This document shows positions 9,988-19,208 of a DNA stretch of 64,000 nt, in pieces; the first letter of the stretch is position 1; every line of letters starts with the position of its first letter. The stretch comes from an uncultured Gammaproteobacteria bacterium. Its GTDB lineage: Bacteria; Patescibacteriota; Patescibacteriia; Magasanikbacterales; GWA2-37-8. Made by a program: the position numbers and the translations under genes. Location: assembly GCA_964596525.1 (NCBI GenBank), contig CAZQUL010000001.1, forward strand, positions 678,509 through 742,508. Reading direction: 5' to 3'. Under the pieces are notes generated by a model. It was given only the letters and a program-made list of their open reading frames with translations. It searched no databases and was not told the origin of the DNA.

Positions 9988-11250
9988 ATGAAACACACAG
10001 AAGAACATCTTATCGCCGGCCTCGATATCGGATCTTCTATGGTGCGCGTGGCGGTTGGGCAGCATCTCGAGCGCGGCGCTGAAGGCGAAGTACATATTTT
10101 GGGTGCGGCCGAAGTGCCGTCCCAGGGCGTTCATCGCGGCGTTATAAGCAGTATTGAAGACGTGGTCTCGTCGGTTTCAGCATGTATTGAAGAAGTAGAG
10201 CGCATGGTAGGCGAGCCGCTCGATCGCGTCTGGCTTGGTATTGCTGGAGGTGCCATTACCTCACAGCTCAGCAAGGGCGTCGTGGCTGTTTCCAAAGGCG
10301 ACAATGAAATCAGCGATGAAGACGTGGAGCGCGCCATCGAAGCTTCGCGCGCTATCGCGACCCCGCTTAATTACGAAATTTTGCATGCTTTGCCGCGTTC
10401 TTTCACTATTGATGGCCAGGCTGGCATTAAAGATCCAGTGGGTATGACCGGTGTGCGTCTCGAAGTGGACACGCACATCATTCTTGCTCCTTCGGCTCAT
10501 GTGAAAAATATCACGAAGGCCGTGTACCGTACGGGTCTTGAAATCGAAGATATTGTTTTGTCCATTCTCGCGACGGCGGAGGTGGTGGTAACCCAGCGAC
10601 AGAAAGAATTGGGTGTGGTCGTTGTTAACATCGGTGCTACTACGACGAGCATTGCCATTTTTGAAGAAGGGGATTTGGTGCATACGGCGGTCTTGCCGAT
10701 CGGTTCGGGCCATATCACCAATGACATTGCTATCGGACTTAGAACGTCGATCGATGTGGCTGAGGCTGTTAAGCTCACGTACGCCGATTGTTCCCTTGCT
10801 TCTATTACTAAAGATGATCAGTTCGATTTAGCTGAGCTTGGGGCGGCAGATCATGAGCTTATTAAAAAAGCGTATTTACTCGAAATTGTGCAAGCGCGCG
10901 TTGAAGAGCTTTTGACCAAGATTTACCAGGAAATCCAGCGTGCTAAAAAAACGTCCCTTCTTCCAGCTGGTGTAGTATTTACTGGCGGTGGTGCAAAACT
11001 ACCGGGTCTTGTTGAGCAGGCGAAAAAGTATTTACGCCTACCGTCATCGCTTGGCGTGCCTATGAACCTAGTGAGTGTTACGGACAAGGGAACGGATATG
11101 AGTTTTTCAACCGTGCTTGGCCTTGTGAAGTGGGGGGCGGCGCTCAAGCCGTACGACTCTGGACGCTCGGGCGGAAACGGTAATATGAAAAAAGTCGGCG
11201 GTCAGGTGGGTAAGCAAGTTAAAGAATGGTTTAAGGCACTGATACCATAA
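9988..11250 (+). CDS. ftsA: Cell division protein FtsA
   Basis: GLDIGSS, DPVGMTGVRLEVD, ITNDIAIGLRT, GVVFTGGGAKL; lies upstream of ftsZ. Confidence 0.97.
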   Translation: MKHTEEHLIAGLDIGSSMVRVAVGQHLERGAEGEVHILGAAEVPSQGVHRGVISSIEDVVSSVSACIEEVERMVGEPLDRVWLGIAGGAITSQLSKGVVAVSKGDNEISDEDVERAIEASRAIATPLNYEILHALPRSFTIDGQAGIKDPVGMTGVRLEVDTHIILAPSAHVKNITKAVYRTGLEIEDIVLSILATAEVVVTQRQKELGVVVVNIGATTTSIAIFEEGDLVHTAVLPIGSGHITNDIAIGLRTSIDVAEAVKLTYADCSLASITKDDQFDLAELGAADHELIKKAYLLEIVQARVEELLTKIYQEIQRAKKTSLLPAGVVFTGGGAKLPGLVEQAKKYLRLPSSLGVPMNLVSVTDKGTDMSFSTVLGLVKWGAALKPYDSGRSGGNGNMKKVGGQVGKQVKEWFKALIP

Positions 11251-11259
11251 AGTGTTCTC

Positions 11260-11298
11260 TAGCAGACGCGACAAACCCGCGTCTGTTTTGTTTTTTTA
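11260..11298 (+). terminator. Rho-independent terminator after ftsA
   Basis: Stem AGCAGACGCG / CGCGTCTGTT followed by a T-run. Confidence 0.7.
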
Positions 11299-11320
11299 CT
11301 GGATGTAACCGGTGATTTTC

Positions 11321-11349
11321 TTGACAAGGGAAGGGCTAAAACTTATACT
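11321..11349 (+). promoter_or_regulatory. Sigma70-type promoter for ftsZ
   Basis: TTGACA-17 nt-TATACT. Confidence 0.75.
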
Positions 11350-11420
11350 ACCTGCACGGATATTTTTTGCTTTATTACGATAAAAAGTTGAATACTATAG
11401 GTGTTCACTAATACCTGAAT

Positions 11421-12644
11421 ATGCCCCAAGTTAAACCAGAGCTTGAGACCGTTGCCAAAATTAAGGTCATCGGGGTGGGAGGATCCGGTGGTTCAACACT
11501 CAACCGCATGATCAACGGCAAGGTGCGCGGCGTGGAGTTTATCGCGATGAATACCGATGCGCAGGCTTTGTCAGCTAATCTTGCTCCAACTAAATTGCAT
11601 ATCGGAAAAACGGTGACGCGCGGTTTGGGGGCTGGCATGGATCCAGAAGTGGGCAGAAAAGCTGCCGAAGAATCCCAAAATGAAATCCGTGAACTTCTCA
11701 AAGATACTGACATGGTGTTCATCACCTGCGGTTTGGGTGGTGGTACGGGTACGGGCGCGAGTCCGGTCGTTGCCGAAATTGCCCGCGAGCTGGGTGCGTT
11801 GACCGTTGCTGTTGTTACCAAGCCCTTTGCTTTCGAAGGCAGGCAGCGCGGGGCGATTGCCGAAAAAGGCTGGGCAGCGCTCGGCGAAAAAGTGGACACG
11901 ATCATCACTATTCCAAACGATCGCATTTTGCAGATCATCGACAAACGCACCACGCTTCTCGACGCGTTCCGCACAGTTGACGAAGTGATGCGCCAAGGCG
12001 TGCAAGGAATTTCTGAGCTTATTACTATTCCTGGTCTCATCAATGTCGACTTCGCTGACGTGAAAGCTGTTATGACCAACACCGGATCTGCCCTCATGGG
12101 TATCGGCGTTGCGACCGGCGATAACCGCGGCGTGGACGCAGCTAAAGCAGCTATTTCCAGTCCGCTCCTGGATATTTCCATCGAGGGTGCTAAGGGTATT
12201 CTCTTCACCATTACTGGTGGTACCGACCTCACCATGGCTGAAGTGAGTGAAGCGGCAAAAATAATCACTTCGTCGGCGGCGGAAGAAGCGAAAATCATTT
12301 TCGGCGCCAACATCGATGAGACCCTCACGAGCGGCGAGATCCGTATTACCGTTATCGCGACTGGTTTTGATGCGGAAGAAGAAGTAGTTAAAAAAGAAGA
12401 GCCGGCTACGACGTTTTTTGCCGGTGGCAAGTTCATGCCAACCATCAAGAAAACTCCGCCCAAAGAAGTTGTTGAAGAAGAGCCGCCGCGCGTCTTCAAA
12501 CCTCAACCTACGACAGTGCGCGCCCCATCCTTCCCGCCGCCAGCCTCCCGCCAACCGGTCGTTCCCGACCAGTCCAAAGACGCTTCGGGCGATGATGCGG
12601 CGCTTGATATCCCCGCTTTCATCCGCAAAAAAATGGAAATCTAA
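11421..12644 (+). CDS. ftsZ: Cell division protein FtsZ
   Basis: GGGTGTG tubulin signature, INVDFAD, C-terminal LDIPAFIRK peptide. Confidence 0.99.
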   Translation: MPQVKPELETVAKIKVIGVGGSGGSTLNRMINGKVRGVEFIAMNTDAQALSANLAPTKLHIGKTVTRGLGAGMDPEVGRKAAEESQNEIRELLKDTDMVFITCGLGGGTGTGASPVVAEIARELGALTVAVVTKPFAFEGRQRGAIAEKGWAALGEKVDTIITIPNDRILQIIDKRTTLLDAFRTVDEVMRQGVQGISELITIPGLINVDFADVKAVMTNTGSALMGIGVATGDNRGVDAAKAAISSPLLDISIEGAKGILFTITGGTDLTMAEVSEAAKIITSSAAEEAKIIFGANIDETLTSGEIRITVIATGFDAEEEVVKKEEPATTFFAGGKFMPTIKKTPPKEVVEEEPPRVFKPQPTTVRAPSFPPPASRQPVVPDQSKDASGDDAALDIPAFIRKKMEI

Positions 12645-12744
12645 CATGAGGGCTTGTGAGGCTACTGAGGCTTGTGGGTTAGTAAGGCACGTTGTGTGAC
12701 GTGCGGACCTCATAAGCTTCGCGCCACATGAGCCTTTTTCATAT

Positions 12745-13200
12745 ATGCGCTGCCCGGTCTGTAATCATCGCGAGGTGAGCGTCGTCGAAACCCGTGCCAG
12801 TGAAGATGGTATGATGGTCCGTCGCCGCCGTGAATGCGAAAAGTGTAAGTATCGTTTTTCCACGAGCGAAGAAGTGGAGCTTTTGGATATCATCGTAGTC
12901 AAAGAAGACGGCCGCCGCGAAAGTTATATGCGCGAAAAAATGGAGCAAGGGATTAAACGTTCCCTCACCAAACGTTCTTACAAGCAAGAAGATTTCCGTC
13001 ATCTCATCCATACCATTGAGCGCGATATTCAAAAAAAGAAAAGCCGCGAAGTGGCTAGTAAAGAAATCGGCAAGCTCGTCATGAAGCATTTGCGGGCTTT
13101 TGATGGCGTTGCTTATATCCGTTTCGCGAGCGTGTACCGGGATTTTAAAGATGTTGAAACATTTGAAAAAGAGCTTAAAAAGATTTCTACCCAACGTTAG
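12745..13200 (+). CDS. nrdR: Transcriptional repressor NrdR
   Basis: CPVC...RRRRECEKC zinc ribbon, ATP cone, VAYIRFASVYRDF. Confidence 0.97.
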   Translation: MRCPVCNHREVSVVETRASEDGMMVRRRRECEKCKYRFSTSEEVELLDIIVVKEDGRRESYMREKMEQGIKRSLTKRSYKQEDFRHLIHTIERDIQKKKSREVASKEIGKLVMKHLRAFDGVAYIRFASVYRDFKDVETFEKELKKISTQR

Positions 13201-13222
13201 TTTTTTATTTTTTACAAAATCT

Positions 13223-13639
13223 ATGGACCAGCAACCTCCGCTTTCCGCCGAGCCGACCAAGCCTACGCTCGAAGAAAAAATGTCCCGCCCGCCCGGAGCT
13301 GCCGCCATGCCGCAGGTGACGTCGCTTGATACGCTCAAGAGCCTGCTCGAAAAAAATCTTAAATGGTCGGAGCTTATCTACGAACAAAACAAAAAAATTC
13401 GCCGCCATTTTTTGTGGGTCAGCCTTTATACTGCGGCAAAAATCGTTATCGTGGTTGGTGCGGTGGCAACGGCGGTCATCTTCGCTTCTGCGTGGTATAA
13501 AGGACTGCAAAAGAAATACCCGCTCGTCTTTGGTTCTCGTGCGCAGACTGCCACATCGACACAACCCTTTGATGAGTTTCTTAAGGCGCTGCCCTTGAGC
13601 GATGCGCAGCGCGCGCAGGTGAAAGAATGGGTAAAGTAA
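13223..13639 (+). CDS. Hypothetical single-TM membrane protein
   Basis: ORF fills the nrdR-pyk gap; one hydrophobic helix; start placed at MDQQPP. Confidence 0.7.
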   Translation: MDQQPPLSAEPTKPTLEEKMSRPPGAAAMPQVTSLDTLKSLLEKNLKWSELIYEQNKKIRRHFLWVSLYTAAKIVIVVGAVATAVIFASAWYKGLQKKYPLVFGSRAQTATSTQPFDEFLKALPLSDAQRAQVKEWVK

Positions 13640-13667
13640 TTTGATTAATCTAGGAGGAGTTCTTTCT

Positions 13668-15107
13668 ATGCCACTTCTTTATACCAAAATCGGCGCCACT
13701 ATCGGACCGTCGTGTGCAACGCCCGAGATTATCGCGGACATGATCCGCGGGGGGATGACGTTTGCGCGTCTCAATTTTTCGCACGGCACTTATGATGATC
13801 ATGCCAAGCTTATCGCTGCTATTCGGAGTGCGGCCAAAAGCGCTGGGCGGCATGTGGCTATCATGCAGGATCTGCAGGGGCCTAAACTGCGCATCGGGGC
13901 GGTGCCTCCCGAGGGAGTAGCAGTTGCAGCGGGTGATAATGTAGTACTTTGTACTACGAAACATGAATATGAACGATCCGGTGAACTGCCGCTCCCGATT
14001 GCGGGTCTCGAGAAAAACATCAAACCTGGTGAGCGGATTCTTATTGACGATGGAACGATTGCGACGGTGGTTGTGGCAACTGCGCCGGGTGCGATTACCG
14101 TCCGGGTTGAAATCGGAGGAAAAGTGAAGGCGCACAAGGGCCTCAATTTTCCGGACAGCAGTTTGGTGGGTATTCCTGCGCTGTCGGAAAAAGATAAAAA
14201 TGATGTGTCGTTCGGCGTTGCCCAGGGCGTGGATTTGATTGCGCTTTCATTCGTTAAACGGCCGCGCGACGTGGTGGAGCTCAAAAGCCATATTGCTAGC
14301 GTGCAGCGCAGTCTCGGCAAACCGATCGTGCCGGTGCCGGTGATTGCCAAGATCGAGCGGCCGGAAGCGCTTGAAGACATTGATCGGATTGTGGAAGTGA
14401 CGGATGGCGTACTCGTGGCGCGCGGTGATTTGGGTCTTGAAACGCCGATGGAACGCCTGGCAGTAGAGCAAAAAGCCATCATTGAAGCCGCGCGGCGTCA
14501 GGCTAAACCGGTTATGATCGCGACGCACCTTCTGGCTTCCATGGAACATAATGCCATACCTACGCGAGCCGAAATCTCGGATGTTGGTCACGCGGTGATC
14601 GATCGTGCTGATGCGCTCTTGCTTACCAATGAAACCGCGGTTGGGGAACATCCGGTTTCGGCAGTGCGCTTTTTGGCGCAAACGGCCAGAGCTACCGAGC
14701 AGACTGCGCTCGATGACGTGGTTATTGCCGGTATTACGGTACCCGATCATCATATCAACTACAGCATTCATGAAATCGCAGAACTTTTACGATCGCATCC
14801 TTTGGTGGATCGGATTGTGGCGTACTCGGTGAACGGCAAAGCTATTCGAACCGTTGCGGCACTGCGCCTTACGATTCCAACCGTAGCGGTGACGAGTGAA
14901 GAACCTGTTTATGCATTGAGTTCCGTGGTGTGGGGAGGGGAAACGCTCTACGTCCCCAAAGCGTGGAATAGTCGCGGCGAGCTCGAGCGGGCGGTTATGG
15001 AAACCGTGCGTGCGCATACCAAAATAACCAAGCGCGAGCGCATCCTCTTTATTACCGATGAAGTCTTTTCGCCGGATGAGCTTATGGCTCAAATCAAAGA
15101 ATTATAA
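13668..15107 (+). CDS. pyk: Pyruvate kinase
   Basis: TKIGATIGP, ARLNFSHG, DLQGPKLR, IAKIER, VARGDLG; AGGAGG upstream. Confidence 0.97.
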   Translation: MPLLYTKIGATIGPSCATPEIIADMIRGGMTFARLNFSHGTYDDHAKLIAAIRSAAKSAGRHVAIMQDLQGPKLRIGAVPPEGVAVAAGDNVVLCTTKHEYERSGELPLPIAGLEKNIKPGERILIDDGTIATVVVATAPGAITVRVEIGGKVKAHKGLNFPDSSLVGIPALSEKDKNDVSFGVAQGVDLIALSFVKRPRDVVELKSHIASVQRSLGKPIVPVPVIAKIERPEALEDIDRIVEVTDGVLVARGDLGLETPMERLAVEQKAIIEAARRQAKPVMIATHLLASMEHNAIPTRAEISDVGHAVIDRADALLLTNETAVGEHPVSAVRFLAQTARATEQTALDDVVIAGITVPDHHINYSIHEIAELLRSHPLVDRIVAYSVNGKAIRTVAALRLTIPTVAVTSEEPVYALSSVVWGGETLYVPKAWNSRGELERAVMETVRAHTKITKRERILFITDEVFSPDELMAQIKEL

Positions 15108-15143
15108 AAATACACCCTCCGTTTCTCGGAGGGTGTAAATTTT
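15107..15143. terminator. Bidirectional terminator between convergent genes
   Basis: TACACCCTCC / GGAGGGTGTA stem flanked by A and T runs. Confidence 0.75.
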
Positions 15144-15415
15144 TAGGCAGCGGCACGTTTGGCGCCTGGACGTTTTATGACACCGGCACTGATTGCTCGC
15201 TGTTCATCGATGCGTTTGGCGTCGGGTTTTGCTTGTAGGGTGGCTTGGATTTTTTTAATCTCGTCGCCAATTTCATCGCCGCTATTATCTTCATCCAGAA
15301 GGCCTTTTTCGGCCAAATAGGGGGTTTGTTTGTGCGCTTTTTCCTGATCAATTTTGCGGTTTAAATTATCTTGCTTTTTCTCACTGGCTAAAATTGAGGG
15401 CTTTGCTCCGCGCAT
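15143..15415 (-). CDS. Hypothetical charged protein
   Basis: ORF directly downstream of glyA on the same strand; ends in KRAAA. Confidence 0.55.
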   Translation of the reverse strand: MRGAKPSILASEKKQDNLNRKIDQEKAHKQTPYLAEKGLLDEDNSGDEIGDEIKKIQATLQAKPDAKRIDEQRAISAGVIKRPGAKRAAA

Positions 15416-15435
15416 ATGAAAGATCAAGTTACTAT

Positions 15436-16674
15436 TTAAAAAGTAAACAAAGGGAATTTTTTGGTCAGCTCGTTCACGTCATTCCGGATGGATGTAAGTT
15501 TTGATTCGTCGGCGTGATGCGTAATCGCGGTGTCGATCCAGGCGGCGATCTGTTTCATTTCTTCTTCCTTCATACCGCGCGTGGTGAGGGCCGGGGTGCC
15601 AAGCCGGATACCCGAAGGGTCCATGGGGGAGCGCTGGTCGTTTGGAACCATGTTTTTGTTAACGGTGATACCAGCTTTATCCAAAGCGATTTGCGCTTCT
15701 TTCCCGCTCACTCCTTTGTTCGTGAGATCGATGAGGAGTAGGTGATTTTCGGTCGTGCCGAAACAGATGGTGTAGCCTCGTTCTTTGAACGCCGCTTCTA
15801 ACACTTTGACGTTTTTCTTTATCTGCGTGACATAGGTTTTGAATTCTGGTTTGAGCGCTTCTTTGAATGCGACGGCTTTGGCGGCAATGACATTTTCATG
15901 GGGGCCGCCCTGGAGACCGGGGAAGACGGCTTTGTTGATGTCTTTCGCAAAGCGTTCTTTGCACATAATCATGCCGCCGCGCGGACCGCGGAGCGTTTTA
16001 TGCGTGGTGGTCGTCACGACGTCAAAAAGAGGTACTGGGTTTGTCATTGCGCCGCCTGCGATGAGGCCGGCGATATGGGCAATGTCGGCCATGGTGATGG
16101 CGCCCACTTCGTCGGCGATGGCTCTAACGGCCGCATAGTCGATCTCGCGCGAGTAAGCGGAGTAGCCGACGAGGATGATTTTCGGTTTGTGCTCTTTAGC
16201 CATGGCGCGCAGGTTGTCGAGGTCGATTGTGCCCGCGGCCGTGGTTTGGTAGCGCACGAAGTTGAAAATGTGGGCCATGAACGTGACTGGATGGCCGTGG
16301 GTGAGATGGCCGCCGTGGGCAAGGTCCATGCCAAGCACCGTATCGCCGGGTTTGAGAAGTGCCGCATATACGGCGATATTGGCTGGCGCACCCGAGAGCG
16401 GCTGTACGTTAACATGTTCGGCGCCGAAAAGTTTTTTGGCACGGTCGATGGCGAGCTGTTCGATGATGTCGATATATTCGCAGCCACCGTAGTAGCGTTT
16501 GCCTGGGTAGCCTTCGGCGTATTTGTTGGTGGCGATTGAGCCGAGCGCTTCGAGCACGGCCGGGGAGACGAAGTTCTCTGACGGTATCATTTCGAGCCCG
16601 GTTGTTTGGCGGGTGCGTTCACGTTCGAGAGCAGTGAAGATTTCTTGGTCAAAGGAAGAAAGGGTGGTAGACAT
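15436..16674 (-). CDS. glyA: Serine hydroxymethyltransferase
   Basis: PSENF, NKYAEGYPGKRYYGG, TTTTHKTLRGPRGG (PLP lysine), FPGLQGGP. Confidence 0.98.
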   Translation of the reverse strand: MSTTLSSFDQEIFTALERERTRQTTGLEMIPSENFVSPAVLEALGSIATNKYAEGYPGKRYYGGCEYIDIIEQLAIDRAKKLFGAEHVNVQPLSGAPANIAVYAALLKPGDTVLGMDLAHGGHLTHGHPVTFMAHIFNFVRYQTTAAGTIDLDNLRAMAKEHKPKIILVGYSAYSREIDYAAVRAIADEVGAITMADIAHIAGLIAGGAMTNPVPLFDVVTTTTHKTLRGPRGGMIMCKERFAKDINKAVFPGLQGGPHENVIAAKAVAFKEALKPEFKTYVTQIKKNVKVLEAAFKERGYTICFGTTENHLLLIDLTNKGVSGKEAQIALDKAGITVNKNMVPNDQRSPMDPSGIRLGTPALTTRGMKEEEMKQIAAWIDTAITHHADESKLTSIRNDVNELTKKFPLFTF

Positions 16675-16728
16675 GGGTTGTAGGGACAACTACAGCCCTA
16701 GTGTAGCAGGGGGTTGGTCGGTTGACAA

Positions 16729-18729
16729 TTAGCGGCCTGAAGAAGGGCGGCGAGATTGGCGTGTCCGCACGGCAGACGGCAAGGAGCTCGAAGGGCGAGG
16801 TGCTCCGGAATGGCGCAAGCGGTGCGTGAGGCCAAAAACGGCGGCTAAGATAATGATGGTTACGGCGATCGAAATGCCGATGGTGGCATACCAGAAACGT
16901 TCGCGTGCTGAGAGTCCCTCCCCGCTGCCCCACACGCCAAATTTCAGCGGCGTGCTCTTGAGTTGCTTTATCTCAGCATACGAAAATTGATTATCTTGAT
17001 TCACTACCAGTGTATTTCCTGTGGTGTCATACCATCCTTCTCCTGCCATAAGCGTGTCAGTAAGGCGAGAGAGACCTTCGGGCCAGAACGTAGTTGTGAG
17101 CGAGATGACGGGGTATTCTTTTTCGAGAAATGTTTCAAGTACTGCGAAACGTCCAGCCATGTTCATGCGGGCGGAAAGTTCCGGGGCAGCAACCGTAAGC
17201 GAAGGTGGGTCGATGAGACGTTGCAATGACGGAAAAAGAGTGGGTTGCGAGCTGATGAGCACCGAAGGTTTGGTAATGTCGATGTCGGGATGAAGCCAGT
17301 TGACCGTTGGACGTAAGGGGCGAGGGCTTAAGCGTTGCCAGAGTGTTATAAGGCGTGCGGCAGCATTCCAGGATCGCTCATCGTTTTTTTCGACGAAGAG
17401 ATCGAATACCGGCAGAAGTGCTTGCGGGAATTTATCGAAAAGCGGAGTAAAAATAGGGGATGAGGTGGCGGTAATAAATGAGGTTGCGTCGATATCGAGT
17501 GTCATGTTGTGTAGTCCGATACGACAGTTGCCGCCGGGAGGGGTGTAGTTAGCAATGATATCTAGTTTATTGTCACGCGCTAGAAATTCATCGGGAAGTT
17601 CGATGGTGCGGCGAAAACGTTCACCCTCTTCGGAAAGAGCGTAAGAATCCACGAGGTGATTATTAAGAAATGTCGCCAGCGTCCCTATGCCACCTTTTTG
17701 CAATACCGAAGAAATACCGTGCAGATTCAAGCTGATGTTACGAACCGGGCCGCCCAAAGCCGCTTGCGAGAAACCAATAGTGGTTTTTGTTTCTCCGGAG
17801 CCTTGCAGTCTTAGCAATGGATAGCCAAGCTCCTTGAGATCTAGATGGTAAGAAGTAGTAGGGAAAAATGGGGTGCGGGCAAACGTAGTGTCACTATTTT
17901 TAGTCAGGAGTAGTTCGCGGACCGGAGATGAGAACAGGGTTTCGACTGCTTCGTTTAGGTGGTCGGGTGCGGCGGAAAGCGCGAGGATTGGCCAGCCGTT
18001 ACTCGCGGGAACAAGGGTGAGGCGGGGAATGGTGCTTGAGCTAGAAGTAATAAGCACGGCGCGTTCGTAAGGACCGATACCTGGCGCGTCCAAGGTGCGC
18101 GCTGCAACCCGCACATCGATTGCACGGCCATTTAAAAGATGCTGTGTCCGGCCGGCTAAATTGAATGCGGCAGTGAGTTCTTCTGCGGTTGGAACCGGGG
18201 AGACGTAAATGGCTAGGCGCCGCAAAGTCGGTGGGAAAAAATCTTTAAGCGTCGCTGGTTTTTGCGCGTCCCCGTCTACCGTTACACGGATATCTGAAAT
18301 ATCGATCCAACGGGCCCGTAACGCCGAGCATGTGTCAGTATCGCTTGATACCATAACGGCTCGCAGGGAAACCGTCAGCCGACCGTCTTCAACCGGCAGG
18401 TTGGTAAGAGGGAAAATAACTTCTTGAGGTTTGGAATTAAAGGCAAAGCTTGCAACTAGCCGACCTTGGTGCTCGAGAGCTATGAAACCATCGCCGATAT
18501 TGGGAGTAGGGGTAAGGTAAAACCGCATGTCTACGGGCGTCTGTCCGTTGGCTACAGGGATGGAAACGAAACTCTCCGCATTGGTTCCGCTTAGGCGCAC
18601 GCTTTCCCCGTATCCGTAATCATGTAGCGAAAATTCTTCGAGGGCAATAGCCGGACGCGCAAAACAACCTATCATCAATGTGAAAAGAACGGAGGTGAGT
18701 TTATAAAAGAGATTCTTTTTTTGTCTCAT
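16729..18729 (-). CDS. BcsB-like polysaccharide synthase partner subunit
   Basis: Signal peptide, twice-repeated beta-sandwich + alpha/beta layout, C-terminal TM anchor; near a CESA-like GT2 gene. Confidence 0.6.
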   Translation of the reverse strand: MRQKKNLFYKLTSVLFTLMIGCFARPAIALEEFSLHDYGYGESVRLSGTNAESFVSIPVANGQTPVDMRFYLTPTPNIGDGFIALEHQGRLVASFAFNSKPQEVIFPLTNLPVEDGRLTVSLRAVMVSSDTDTCSALRARWIDISDIRVTVDGDAQKPATLKDFFPPTLRRLAIYVSPVPTAEELTAAFNLAGRTQHLLNGRAIDVRVAARTLDAPGIGPYERAVLITSSSSTIPRLTLVPASNGWPILALSAAPDHLNEAVETLFSSPVRELLLTKNSDTTFARTPFFPTTSYHLDLKELGYPLLRLQGSGETKTTIGFSQAALGGPVRNISLNLHGISSVLQKGGIGTLATFLNNHLVDSYALSEEGERFRRTIELPDEFLARDNKLDIIANYTPPGGNCRIGLHNMTLDIDATSFITATSSPIFTPLFDKFPQALLPVFDLFVEKNDERSWNAAARLITLWQRLSPRPLRPTVNWLHPDIDITKPSVLISSQPTLFPSLQRLIDPPSLTVAAPELSARMNMAGRFAVLETFLEKEYPVISLTTTFWPEGLSRLTDTLMAGEGWYDTTGNTLVVNQDNQFSYAEIKQLKSTPLKFGVWGSGEGLSARERFWYATIGISIAVTIIILAAVFGLTHRLRHSGAPRPSSSLPSAVRTRQSRRPSSGR

Positions 18730-18773
18730 ATAACTCTTTTATGATACCATATTCCTGCTTATCAAGAAATTTT

Positions 18774-19163
18774 ATGCCGCACTTCCTAATTGTTGAAGAC
18801 GATGAATTTTTGGCCGATGCGTACCAAGCGTTTCTCAAAAAACGCCACCACACCTTTGATATCGCGCATGATGGGGCTGAGGCCTTGCGTATGATTGATA
18901 AAAGAAAACCGGAGGTGGTGATTCTTGATTTGGTGATGCCCAACGTTGACGGAGTCGCCTTCCTTAAGACGCTAAAAAAACAGAATCTTTTGGATGACAT
19001 GCCAGTGATCGTTGCATCGAATATCTCTGATAATGAGACTATGGAAGAATGTAAGAAACTGGGGGCTCGTGATTTTATTGTAAAAAGTTCTTCTTCGCTT
19101 AATGAGCTTATGGAGCGTTCTTTGGCACTTCTCGCGCCGTCGCGGACATCAAAAAGAAAATGA
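18774..19163 (+). CDS. Single-domain response regulator (receiver)
   Basis: LIVEDD, ILDLVMP phospho-acceptor, conserved S and K (FIVK). Confidence 0.93.
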   Translation: MPHFLIVEDDEFLADAYQAFLKKRHHTFDIAHDGAEALRMIDKRKPEVVILDLVMPNVDGVAFLKTLKKQNLLDDMPVIVASNISDNETMEECKKLGARDFIVKSSSSLNELMERSLALLAPSRTSKRK

Positions 19164-19208
19164 TCAGCTTAATTTTTTAGGCCGTCAATTATTTTTAACC
19201 CGCCATGC

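Noticed and set aside
11408-12713. Long antisense ORFs over ftsZ
   Set aside because: Shadows of a conserved, codon-biased gene.
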